This document shows, piece after piece, positions 51,290 through 61,982 of a stretch of 64,000 bases of DNA (positions are counted from its first letter, which is position 1; the number at the start of each line of letters is the position of its first letter). Both the position numbers and the translations under genes were made by a program. Source of the DNA: Rhina ancylostomus. Taxonomy: Eukaryota. Location of the stretch: contig JARFYF010000112.1 of the NCBI GenBank assembly GCA_030265395.1, positions 35,531,300 to 35,595,299 of the forward strand. The letters run 5' to 3'. Under the pieces are notes generated by a model. That model was not told the DNA's origin. It searched no databases and saw nothing but the letters and a program-made list of their open reading frames with translations.

Positions 51290-51875
51290 GCTAAAACTAG
51301 CTGCTTGCACCTCTGTAATATGGCCTGTCTCTGCCAGACTTGGCTATTCCAGTGCGTGGTGCTACTGCCTGACTTCCCTCATCTGCTTTCCATTAACATG
51401 AATCCATATAAAATTTTGCTGCCCATGTCCTAAGTACACATGTGACTCCTTTGACTCTTTGGATGTCTTTTAAAATTATGGTATTTGTTTTTAGATTGTT
51501 TATGGTCTTGTTCACTCTGTTACCCCTTCCACCCCATGGTGGAGGGGTTAACAAAGTGAGTGAGAACATGAACAAATCTGAAACCAACTGTCAACCTTAA
51601 ATATCCGTGCTTCTCCAATTTGGGCATTATGATCATTCCCAGATTTAATTGCTCCATATTTGATGGTTGTGCTTTTAGCCAGCAGAACCTAATCTTTGGA
51701 ATTCCTTCTCAAAATACTTGCGTTTCTCTATTCTCCCCAACTCATTTCTTAAAACCAAGTATGGTTTTAAAATTGCCATCTTCCCTAATATCTCGTTTTG
51801 GTGTCAGATATTGTTTGAACCTCTTGGTATATTTTAGCACATTAAAAGTGCTTTATAAATACAGACTGTTATTGA
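51290..51875 (+). mobile_element. L2-like LINE 3' end, degraded
   Basis: tttaaaatt...; tgtgcttttagcca..ctttggaattcctt (AFS..LWNSL-like); tail aagtgctttataaata. Confidence 0.55.
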
Positions 51876-52168
51876 CATGGCGTTGGGTCTTTCCTGGACT
51901 GCAGAGTTGTGTTTCCAGTACTTTCCTTTGTACCTTAATCCCTTTGGGGAAAATAAGCATGGCTTAAGCCTGGATTGAACTCTGCTTTGAGTTTCTCAAC
52001 ACCACGTACCAGGCAGTGCTTCCCATTTGGGAATAATTGAAGGCTGTGTTGGTCTTTGGAGACAATAATAGTCAACGGTAGCAGCAAAAATTAGAGTAAT
52101 CTTGTTCTAATTAATGCAGGTACAAAACATTAAGTCTGTAGCTTTCAAGTAATTACTTTATCTTACAG

Positions 52169-52306
52169 TTAAAATTCTGGAAAAACGTCATATCATTAAA
52201 GAGAACAAGGCACCATACGTGACCAGAGAGAGGGATATCATGTCTCGGCTGGATCACCCCTTCTTTGTAAAACTCTACTTCACGTTTCAGGATGAGGAGA
52301 AGCTCT
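52169..52306 (+). CDS. PDPK1: PDPK1 exon 4 (IKILEKRHIIKENKAPYVTRERDIMSRLDHPFFVKLYFTFQDEEKL), 138 nt
   Basis: tcttacag acceptor; ends at U12-type donor GTATCCTTT; carries the catalytic Lys, alphaC Glu and PIF-pocket residues. Confidence 0.97.
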
Positions 52307-52498
52307 GTATCCTTTGTTTTTAATGCGTGTTTCATTATTTTGCCTTTCACTGCTTAAAACAATGTATAAAGGACCCATGCTTGTCGTGAAGGTGATTGCC
52401 ACTTGTCAGAAGCACAGCCTTGAGAGTTTAATTATAGACAAATGTTACAAATCCAGGCTTTNNNNNNNNNNNNNNNNNNNNNNNGAACTTCCATGCAG
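52307..52498 (+). other. U12-type (minor spliceosome) GT-AG intron 4
   Basis: 5' splice site GTATCCTTT matches the U12 consensus RTATCCTTT; no polypyrimidine tract before the AG; the expected branch site overlaps a 23-N gap (52462-52484) followed by gaacttccatgcag. Confidence 0.88.
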
Positions 52499-52643
52499 AT
52501 TTTGGCCTTAGTTATGCTAAAAATGGAGAGCTGCTTAAATACATTCGTAAGCAGGGTTCATTTGATGAGAACTGCACACGATTTTATTCTGCTGAAATTG
52601 TTTCGGCGCTAGAGTACTTGCATGAGATTGGGATTATACATAG
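52499..52643 (+). CDS. PDPK1: PDPK1 exon 5 (YFGLSYAKNGELLKYIRKQGSFDENCTRFYSAEIVSALEYLHEIGIIH), 145 nt
   Basis: ccatgcag acceptor; AG|gtaagt donor. Confidence 0.97.
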
Positions 52644-53489
52644 GTAAGTACTTTTAGTCAAAAAGTAATTACTCACCCTGTATTGTTATAATGTTTTGCG
52701 TGCTTCAATAGCATCATTCGAGTTAGCAACGATCAAGCTGATGCAGGTTGCCTTGGTGTCCTTTGACCAGGGAGAAAAGTTACTCACCTTGATAGTATGC
52801 TTGAATCTGATCACCAGCTAAGGACTGCTGTAGAACGTGATTGTTGTGAAGGCAGTGATACCAGCCCAACCTCCTCTCCCTCCCGAATGCAGGGAAACTT
52901 TTAAAGGCCAGTTGGCCCTGTCCCTTGTGTTTCAGGAGGTGAGCTCCGTAAACGGAGATTCCACTGAACTATCTCAATAAATTAATGCTTCTGTTGAGTT
53001 TGATCATAAAATGACCATAAGAAAGTTTCACAAAGCATGTAGAAACTGTTAAAGGTCAAGGTGTTTCCTTGATCAGAAAAGAAACCAATTTCAATCCAAG
53101 AAATAAATATTGAGAGTTGGTACACAAGCAGGAAGTTAAAGTACAAATCATGAATTCCCTTAAGAAGTAACAATGCTTAACAGAATCAGTTCTAAGTCAT
53201 ATGACAAAGTCAGGAAAATTGAACTAGATAATGAAAATCTGGATAAAAAGGAAGGAAAATTAGAAGCTATGAGGAAATGTGAAAGAGTTGCTGGGAACAA
53301 GAGACAGAGTTTATTATGATTGGGGAAAGTAACAGCTAAGCTGTAGCATGGGTGAATTTAAAATGAGAAAATATTTCTGATGGTTGAATGATGAGAGTGG
53401 GAAGGTTGGATCTCAATGTATGGTGAAATTAAAGAGATACAGGAACATTTGGGGAAGGGCCACATACTGGAACTCTTGCTTTTCAGTTC

Positions 53490-53870
53490 AAAGACAATAT
53501 ATTGGAAATCTAAGATAGCAGAAAATGCTGGAAGTACTCTGCTGGCCTGGTAGTATCTGTGAAGAGAGAAACAATTAACATTTTAGGTCTGTGACCCTTT
53601 GTCAGAGCTGGAAGCTCCAACAGATGTTGAAAAGAAATAAGGAAGAAAGGGGAAGAAGTATGGTTGGGTAGAAGTAAAGAGAGAATAGGCAGCAATGAGT
53701 CAAGAAAAATGGTGTCCAAGGTGTAAGTGGCACCAGCAGAAAGATTACTTCTGTCTAGCAAAGTGGAGCAATGATTATATCTGCAATTGAGAACTTGGGT
53801 AAAAAACTGAGATAGAAATGTTTATCTTTTGAGCCTGGAAATTTCCCTCATATGGGGGGGGGGGGGGTCC
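53490..53870. mobile_element. Penelope-associated repeat fragment
   Basis: cagaaaatgctggaagtactc...atctgtgaagagagaaacaattaacatttt arm. Confidence 0.6.
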
Positions 53871-54019
53871 ATTGAACTTTCAATGGCACAGTGCACTAGG
53901 GCAAAGACAAAGATCAGAGTGGGATAGTGAACTAAATTGAGAAGTGACCAGAGCTCAGGGCAAAGCTTGTGGTCTACTGAACACCTCCTGCTCCTGACTA
54001 CAAAACCAATGAAGGTAAT

Positions 54020-55211
54020 AAACCGTCATCCCCTCAGTATTAATCAACAAGCTTCAAAACCTGGGCCTCTGTACTTCCCTTGCAAATGGATCCTCAACTT
54101 CCTTATCGAGAGACGACAGTCAGTGCGGATCAGTAGTAATATCTCCTTGCTGACAATCAACACAGGCACACCTCAAGGGTACATGCTTATCCCACTACCC
54201 TACTGTCTCTACATTCATGACTGTGTGGCTAGGAATGGCTCAAATGCCGTCTATAAATTTGCTGATGATGCCACTGTTGTGGGCAGAATCTCAGATGACA
54301 ATTAGGAGGCTTACAGGAGTGAGATAGATCAGCTGGTTGAGTGGTGTAGCAACAACAATCTCTCACACAACATCAGCAAAACCAAGGACTTGATTGTGGA
54401 CTTCGGGAAGGGGAGGTTGGGAGAACACACACCAACCTTCATTGACGAGTCANNNNNNNNNNNNNNNNNNNNNNNNNNNNNNNNNNNNNNNNNNNNNNNN
54501 NNNNNNNNNNNNNNNNNNNNNNNNNNNNNNNNNNNNNNNNNNNNNNNNNNNNGATTGTGGACTTCGGGAAGGGGAGGTTGGGAGAACACACACCAACCTT
54601 CATTGAAGAGTCAGTGGTGGAAAGGGTGAGCAGCTTCAATTTCTTGGGTGTTAACATCTCAGAGGATCTACCCTGGGCCCACACATCAATGCAATCATGA
54701 AGAAGGCATGCCAGCGGCTCTCATTCATTAGGAGCTTGAGGAGATTTGGTATGTCACCAAAGACTTGCAAATTTCTACAGATGGATGGTGGAGAGCATTC
54801 TGATTGGTTACATCACAGCCTGGTACAGAGGCTCCAGTGTGCAGAATCGAAGGAGGCTGCAGGGTGTTGTAGACTCAGCCAGCTCCATAATGGGCACAAC
54901 CCTCCCCGCCATCGAGGACATCTTCAAGAGGCGATGCCTCAAGAAAGTGTCATCCGTCATTAAGGACCTACCTGGACATGCCCTCTTCACATTTCTACCA
55001 TCGGGGAGGAGGAACAGGAGCCTGAAGACCCACACTCAATGTTTCAAGGACAGCTTCTTCCCCTCTGCCATCAGATTTCTGAACAGTCCATGAACACTAC
55101 CTCGTTATTCCTCTTCTGCACTATTTATTTTTGTGACTTATAGTAATTTGCATTGAACTGCTGCCACAAATTTCACAGCATATGTCAGTGATAATAAACC
55201 TGATTCTGATT
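54020..55211 (+). mobile_element. Relatively young 5'-truncated Rex1/Babar-type LINE in intron 5, ending about 180 bp upstream of exon 6
   Basis: CKWILNFL..RRQSVRI..TINTGTPQG...YIHDCVA...YKFADDATVVG; post-RT ESIL..ITAWY, FKDSFFPSAIRFLN; tail aataaacctgattctgatt. Confidence 0.85.
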
Positions 55212-55391
55212 AAGGGAGCAGTATAAGTCAGTTTGAGGCAATTTACCAGAAATTGGAGAGGAGAATTACGTGGTGAGCTGGTGGGTGGGTTTGATCAGTA
55301 GGGTCTGAGATCTTTGTGTGATTGCCTGCTAGTAAAGTTAAGCTATGTTTAGTTTGTTGTTGGTTATTTAACTTGCTTAAAATAATTTCAG

Positions 55392-55489
55392 GGACCTTAA
55401 ACCAGAGAACATTTTGCTGAGTGAGGACATGCACATACGGATTACTGACTTCGGAACAGCAAAAGTATTATCTTCAGATAGTACACAAG
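55392..55489 (+). CDS. PDPK1: PDPK1 exon 6 ([33 protein letters not shown]), 98 nt
   Basis: Catalytic loop and DFG; atttcag acceptor; weak donor AAG|gtgcag. Confidence 0.95.
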
Positions 55490-55893
55490 GTGCAGAATTC
55501 ATCCTTTCGTATTCATCAATCAACAGCAGAAAATTTATATAAAAATAAAAGCTCTGAAAAGAACAAGGGGTTAACTGCTGTGCTTTACCAAGCTCTTCCT
55601 AGTTTGTGTGTTAACCTCTGTTATCTTCACACTGCCAGAAGTAATAAGACATGTTTAAACTACTACTATGGATGATTGATAGAGTGCTTCATAAGTACAA
55701 AGCTTGCATGATATTTTGACTATGAGAAGTACTTTTATAACTTGTCTCCCCTTGCACAAGGCAATTTAAGTCAATGCAATTTCACTTCTTGACTTGAAAT
55801 TAAAACATTAGAGGGAACGGGTACAAGGAGTAGTGGATGAGTGTGCTCATTATTCTGTGTGTTTTACAGTTTGCACTGGTTTTGGTATTGCAG

Positions 55894-55969
55894 CACGAGC
55901 AAATTCTTTTGTTGGAACAGCACAGTATGTTTCGCCAGAGCTTTTAACAGAGAAATCTGCATGTAAAAG
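55894..55969 (+). CDS. PDPK1: PDPK1 exon 7 (ARANSFVGTAQYVSPELLTEKSACK), 76 nt, activation loop with the S241 equivalent
   Basis: attgcag acceptor; AG|gtaagt donor. Confidence 0.95.
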
Positions 55970-56264
55970 GTAAGTAGATATCTCTGTTGCAGATCTGTGC
56001 TGAGGCAACTATTTCCCTTAAGTATTTTGTGATATTTCCCTTAAGTATTTTGTTATTTTTCTTGCACTACACCTGCCTCCCCATATCCCCAATCATAAAT
56101 GGCGTTGACTTTTTCCTGGGCTTCACTTTCTCATTGGCTGTTCATCCAACTATATCATGTCTGTCAAGCGTGGGAGGCATCACAAATGAGCCCAGATTAA
56201 CCACAAGATATGTTTAAAAACCTACAGCAAGTTCAAGGAACATTATTGGCATTCGCTTCCATTT

Positions 56265-56670
56265 ATATAATGGTGCCTGTTTCAGACACCTGGACTATCA
56301 CTGTGGTACAGGTTCCTCAAACACTGACTCTGAGATTTGGGATCCTTGAGCCCTGTCTCAGCTGGGGTACAACTTGCATAGGTACTGAATTGGCCAAGGT
56401 ACAGGGTCCACAAACCCTGCCTTTGACTGGAGAACCTGAATAGAGGACCGACTCTGGTTGGGTTATGCAGGATTTGCCTCTCATTGGACTATAGGTTTAC
56501 AGATGCTGATTCCCACTGGAGTATGAGTTATATAGACTTTTACCTCAATTGAGTACCATAAACAGTGAATCTCACTTGAGGTACTGTTTTACAGGAGTAT
56601 CTGCATCTCATATTGACTCTCACTTTGGACTGTCCAAGAACTGACTATCACAAAGATACAAGTTCCACAG
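56265..56670. repeat. Degenerate minisatellite, unit about 30 bp (ggtacaggttccacaaacactgactctcactg-like)
   Basis: Recurring ggtaca..., actgactct.a, tctcac(t)tg motifs. Confidence 0.6.
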
Positions 56671-57092
56671 GCAATAACACTTTTCCCCTCCTCTTTTCCT
56701 CTTCTCCAAAGTGCAGACCATACCTAATCTACCTGTGGTCTGTTAGAAATAGTTGTTTCTAATTGGATCAACTTTAATGAATGTTGAATGGAACCTCCCT
56801 GAGTCACTAGCATTCATGATAGAGCTGCCACACTGATGGTGTTCTGAACTAAAGGAAGCTGGAGGCTGAGCTTTACCCTCAGTCCTACTTCCTTTCTGAC
56901 CACAGACTGGTGATGTGAAGGTCAGAACTTGGTGTCAGTGGAATTCCAGGCATGATCCTGCTGCTCTGGGAGAGCATCAGGTTATCGCCTAGGTTTTATT
57001 CATAGGGCTGCTCTCTCAAGCTGTCTCATCAGTTGTTAAAGTGCATGTGTCTGCAGATACTATATTGATGTATGTTTTGTAATCCCCTGCAG

Positions 57093-57161
57093 CTCTGACC
57101 TCTGGGCTCTTGGCTGTATCATATACCAATTGGTAGCGGGATTGCCACCTTTCAGGGCTGG
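57093..57161 (+). CDS. PDPK1: PDPK1 exon 8 ([24 protein letters not shown]), 69 nt
   Basis: cccctgcag acceptor; GG|gtgagt donor. Confidence 0.97.
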
Positions 57162-58343
57162 GTGAGTACATGATATGGTATATTGTGATATCAGAACCCC
57201 CCACAGAATCTCATTTTATTAGTTCAATGCTTTGAGTTTAATCTTGTCAATAACCATACCACACTCTCTTCTGTGGACATAGTACAGAGCATTGTTGGAT
57301 TGCTGTGTAGGGCACACAAACTGGTATTGCGTGATGTTGTGTTAATATCTGCAAAGGGCTTCTTAGCTGAAAGTTAATTTCAAGCTGTAACTGAAATCTG
57401 TTAACTTCCAGCAGAGCTAAAAGCCCCTCCTAAACTACTTTTGAAAGTTATGTGGTAATTAATTAGCAGGTGTTGTAAATGTTTTCTGAATCAGTGCTTA
57501 TTAATTGCTGTAATTTTCGACTTCTGTCACTTGGTGAATGGAAGTGGTTGTCGTTAGCCTATTCAGATAGTGAACTTGTTTTAACCCAGTGGAAAGTTCA
57601 TTACCATTTAAGAAGCAATGGAGGCTTTAGGAATTGCCTGTTGGGACTATTTCATAACTAATTTATTTTTCTCAGATTTTCCCCATCCTTTACCAGTGCA
57701 CTTTATCACAGAATAAAGTGTAATATGAAAAGCAGGAAAGCAGTAATATGGAAATCCTGTTTGAGCAGCAATTGTGAGCCGCCTATTTGACTACTAAGTG
57801 TATGCTAGTCACAGGTGGCAGATGAGAAGCAACGATCCTGACCTGAGTACTGACGTCAGTTGGTCACTTTCTGCTGGCTGGCTAAAATCAGCTGACTTGG
57901 CATTGATCAGAGTTCAATTTGGGTCCATCCTAATCTAACAGGTGCTTGTGGGTGTTGCAGACCGGTTTGATCCTGGCTGCAGTTGTCAGCAAGCGTTGAT
58001 GCTTCATGAAGGTCCCACTTGTACATTTATCATCAAGGATTGACTTTTGTGATCCCCATCTAACCTAGACCCTGAAGCCAGTTGTTGTCCCCTCTTCTGC
58101 ATCACCTGTACTCAGCTAAGCCAACTGGATTGTGGGTTGATCTATGACAAAGCTTTGTGCTCTTGTCCTTTGATCTCTTTTGGCCTGCTCAGCGCATTAT
58201 ATGGTGAACTTCTGAGGTTCCGTTTAACTCTGTTGTGAAGCCTCATTCATTTAATTGGTGATGTCATGAGCCTAGTATATTTTTAAATCTTCAGCATTTT
58301 GTTGACGATTGGTGATATTTGTTGCATATATTTTCCTTCACAG

Positions 58344-58440
58344 GAACGAGTATCTCATATTCCAAAAAATAATTAAGTTGGAATATGAATTCCCAGAAAA
58401 GTTTTTCCCAAAAGCAAAAGATTTAGTGCAGAAGCTTTTG
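58344..58440 (+). CDS. PDPK1: PDPK1 exon 9 (NEYLIFQKIIKLEYEFPEKFFPKAKDLVQKLL), 97 nt
   Basis: ccttcacag acceptor; TTG|gtgagt donor. Confidence 0.97.
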
Positions 58441-58932
58441 GTGAGTAATTTTACATCTTTCTTCCCCTGGATGTTCAACTTAAGCTGCTGACTAAATTGC
58501 TACTAACTACAACCAGCTGTATTCTCAGCTTTTCACTGAATATCTACTCTCAGAAAGTATCTCATAAAAGTAAAGTGGCATTGTATTACATTTTATCAGT
58601 GTGCCTGAATTTAATGACACAATCTAGGCCAGTATTTCAGAGTTTTACTGGATTGGCATTGCCTTTCAGGTGTCATTTAAAGACTGTTGGCCTATTTGTG
58701 GAAGTAAAAGATTGTGTGATACTAAAAACACTGAAGCAACATTCCGCCGGAATAGAACAACTGGTTATTCATTCAATTGCTGGTCATAGTATGTGGCTGG
58801 AAAATTTGTTCACCCTTGCATTAACTAAATTATTACATCTCATGAAAAGTGTAATTGATTGGATGCCAGAACATGGAGCTATTAACAGATGTGTTCTTGT
58901 CTTTAATAATTATTTTTCCTTTTACATTCAAG

Positions 58933-59106
58933 GTGTCTGAACACACTAAGCGCCTTGGCTGTGAAGAGATGGGAGGTTATGGACTCCTTAAAGCCCATCC
59001 GTTCTTTGAACCTATTGTCTGGGAAAATCTGCACCTTCAGACACCCCCTAAACTCACCGCATATCTCCCAGCAATGTCTGAGGATGAAGAAGATTGCTAT
59101 GGCAAT
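58933..59106 (+). CDS. PDPK1: PDPK1 exon 10 (VSEHTKRLGCEEMGGYG...AMSEDEEDCYGN), 174 nt
   Basis: cattcaag acceptor; AAT|gtgagt donor. Confidence 0.96.
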
Positions 59107-59253
59107 GTGAGTACAAATACTCTCCTGACTCTTTGATGCTTCAATTGCTTGTTAAGCTTCTGGCACTTTAATAGTGAATCTTGTGGTACAGTTTCCAATT
59201 AAGTGGCAGGAACCCATGTCCGTGTGCATATTGCACTAGATTTTAATGCCTTG

Positions 59254-59272
59254 TGCTGCCCTCTTGTAGTGT
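59254..59272 (-). promoter_or_regulatory. Candidate CTCF site
   Basis: Reverse complement ACACTACAAGAGGGCAGCA fits most core positions; motif match only. Confidence 0.3.
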
Positions 59273-59856
59273 ACATGGGCTTGGATGTCAGAAACCATGA
59301 AAAGCGAGCTGAATTTTCTCTCCAGCTGGAACTCTGGGCAAGTCCCTCTGCCTTTCTGTCCCTGTGAAATCTTCTCTACTAAATGACCCTGATCTTTCAG
59401 TCAATGCATACATACTCCAATTCTGTCTTAAAACATTTTGCCTTTCCCTCCTTCACCTCCAGAATCTCCTATGAATCTCTTATGATAATGATTATGTACT
59501 GGAAGGAAATTACACTTCCTCAGAATTTACAAGATGCTCATTTCGCACCTTATACATGTGTCAACATTGCTTCTCTGCAACTCTGTACCACGCCTGCCCC
59601 ACCACCAGCATCATCCATCAACTGCAACTATTTTCTTCAATCCCATCTTTATCTAATCAGATCTTTATCTACTTTGTTTTATTTCTCTTTGGTCATCTCC
59701 TATGCATTATGTTCTTCTTTCCCAAAGGTTGTCCCCTGTTTGACTGATTCGTCATTCCTCTCTGTGCTAAACGCTGTTGTTGATGTGAGAGTATCTGGGA
59801 GTACAAGCTATTGACTTTTTGTCCCGTCTTTTCTGCCCCATGGTGTCTGGCTGCAG

Positions 59857-60074
59857 TATGATGACCTCCTCAGCCAGTTTGGCTGCATGCAGGTGGCTCC
59901 CTCAGGCTCATTGCACTCGCTGTCTTCCCCTGAGCCTAGCCCACCCCAGAGGTTATGCAGTAACATTGAGCAGTATGTCCATGATCTTAACGACACTTCG
60001 TTCGAGTTGGATCTTCAGTTTACAGATGAGGACAAGCGTCTCCTGCTTGAGAAACAAGCCAACAGAAATCCTTG
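59857..60074 (+). CDS. PDPK1: PDPK1 exon 11 (YDDLLSQFGCMQV...LLLEKQANRNPW), 218 nt
   Basis: ggctgcag acceptor; TG|gtaagt donor. Confidence 0.97.
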
Positions 60075-60484
60075 GTAAGTTACAGTTAAGTGTATGGACA
60101 GTTAACCCTTTAGGTCAGACATTTCTCAACCTTTCCAATAGTTCCAGCTTGTGCACCACCTTTAGAAACGTTTGTCTGAAGAGTGGTGTGTCCTTGTCCA
60201 TACCCCTCCTTTCACCACAGAAAGTCAAATTCACCACTGCATAAACCATTGCATTGGTAATTTCTGTTGTTCCTGGGCTTACCTTGATATTGCTGTCACA
60301 TCAGAAGTACAGCACCACGTCCTCGACTGGATGTTGGGATTGTATGTCCAGTGCCTGTCACAGTCTGTCTTCTCCGTTCTCCCCAGTATCCAAGTTTGCA
60401 AAATACTNNNNNTTAATTACCTGTTGCATTTCTTCTGTAAATCTCCAGCATGCTGCCAGTTACACTGGTCTTTTCTTTTTTCAG

Positions 60485-60542
60485 GCACCAGTTTGTAGAA
60501 AATAATTTAATCCTGAAGATGGGTCCTGTCGATAAGAGGAAG
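60485..60542 (+). CDS. PDPK1: PDPK1 exon 12 (HQFVENNLILKMGPVDKRK), 58 nt
   Basis: Long T tract + cag acceptor; AAG|gtacac donor; PH-domain beta1. Confidence 0.97.
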
Positions 60543-60953
60543 GTACACAGTATTTTTCAGTAATGTGCCTCACACTGTCTAAAAACAAAGGAATGAGAGG
60601 AAAAACTATCGCATGGTGATAGGGAGAAAAGTATGAGTTAGTGAAAGGGAAAATCCTTCTGTGATTTATTTTCAATTTGATGTAAGCTCTCCTGCAATAT
60701 ACGTAGGTGCATTCTATCTGTGTAAGTCAGGGAATTACAATTCAGGATCACTTTTGGGAGGCAAAGCTGCATTTCAGTTTGTTGCTGAGTGACTGCACAT
60801 GTTCCTGTCCTGGGAGCTTGGCTCTTTAGGCTGCCTCTGCCTGAATGTCTTCAGCAGACCGGTAGCAAGTGCTGCAAAGCTTACGGAAGCAGTGAACCTA
60901 GGCACTTGGAGTGGCAGCTCTGACACTCCGAAAAACTTGTACATTTACAGTAC

Positions 60954-60972
60954 TGGACAGCAGGGGGCAATA
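60954..60972 (+). promoter_or_regulatory. Candidate CTCF site
   Basis: TGGACAGCAGGGGGCAATA vs consensus TGGCCACCAGGGGGCGCTA; motif match only. Confidence 0.45.
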
Positions 60973-60974
60973 TA

Positions 60975-61220
60975 AGATCAGATTTCTTTATTGGTCACAT
61001 ATACATCGAAACACACAGTGAAATGCATCTTTTGTGTAGTGTTCTGGGGGCGGCTCGCAAGTGTCGCCACACTTCCAGCACTAACATAGCATGTCCACAA
61101 CTTCCTAACCTGTACATCTTTTGGAATATGGGAGGAAACTGGAGCACCTGGAGGAAACCCACACAGACACAGGGAGAACATACAAACTCCTTACAGACAG
61201 AGGCCAGAATTGAATTCAGG
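60975..61220 (-). mobile_element. V-SINE (HE1-like, tRNA-derived)
   Basis: Reverse complement contains the V-domain ggagtttgtatgttctccctgtgtctgtgtgggtttcctccaggtgctccagtttcctccca. Confidence 0.85.
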
Positions 61221-61224
61221 GAGG

Positions 61225-61335
61225 TGACTGATCCTGATGCAGGATCGTGACCTGAAATGTCAACTATCCTTTTGCCTCCACGGATGCTGGTAACCTGTTG
61301 AATTCTTCTAGCAGTTTGTTATCTGTTGCAGATAA
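61225..61335. mobile_element. Single arm of the palindromic family
   Basis: gacctgaaatgtcaactat...ctccacggatgctg..acctgttgaattcttctagcagtttg. Confidence 0.65.
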
Positions 61336-61595
61336 CTGAATAAAGTGAGCCCTGCTTCCCCCTAGTGGTTCATTTGATTAGTGCATGAGCCAGACCTGTT
61401 CATTCTCTGGCCTGTGCTGCCTTTGCACATCATGGAATGTATGGTTACTTTTGAGGCATTATTCTATGGAAAGTCTTACAATGATTGTATTTTGATACAT
61501 GTTTTGTGCTGGTTTTCAAGCGATGACGTAGGGGGTAAGGAAAGCTTGTACAGTGTCAGCTGCAGTATGGGTAATGGCTTTAGTAGTTTGCTATA

Positions 61596-61891
61596 CAGAC
61601 CACCCCTGTGTAACAACAGGTTCCTACTTATAAATGTCTATAAGTCAATTTTGTCCATAAGTCAGAAAACACACAAAACTCAATCTGGTAACAAACCTCC
61701 ACTGTATTGTAATGAATGGCAATCAAAAGCTCATAAGACTGATTAGAAAGAGCAATTACTAAAAGTAGGGAGAGAGGAAACTAGTTCTGCCATTCCTAGG
61801 AACGAAGTATGTGTGTATGTTGGACTTTTGAATTTAATAATATTAAAGGAGCTTGTTTTTATTTTGGATGTTCATAACGCGGGGCAGCCTG
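61596..61891. mobile_element. pogo/Tigger-like MITE related to 22681-23154, in opposite orientation
   Basis: TA|cagaccacccctgtgtaac ... cataacgcggggcagcctg|TA; shared subterminal ggttcc..aaatgtct..taagtcagaaa. Confidence 0.75.
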
Positions 61892-61982
61892 TAGTAAACA
61901 CACTCTTGTTGTACCATTGCCAGCACAATTCTGTGTAGGAGGACAATTGCTCAAGTGGCGCCTGTTGATTTTTTTTTTGCAG

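Noticed and set aside
57057-57092. Second in-frame upstream AG, 36 nt before exon 8
   Set aside because: Poor pyrimidine tract compared with the canonical acceptor, and the insert would disrupt the kinase core
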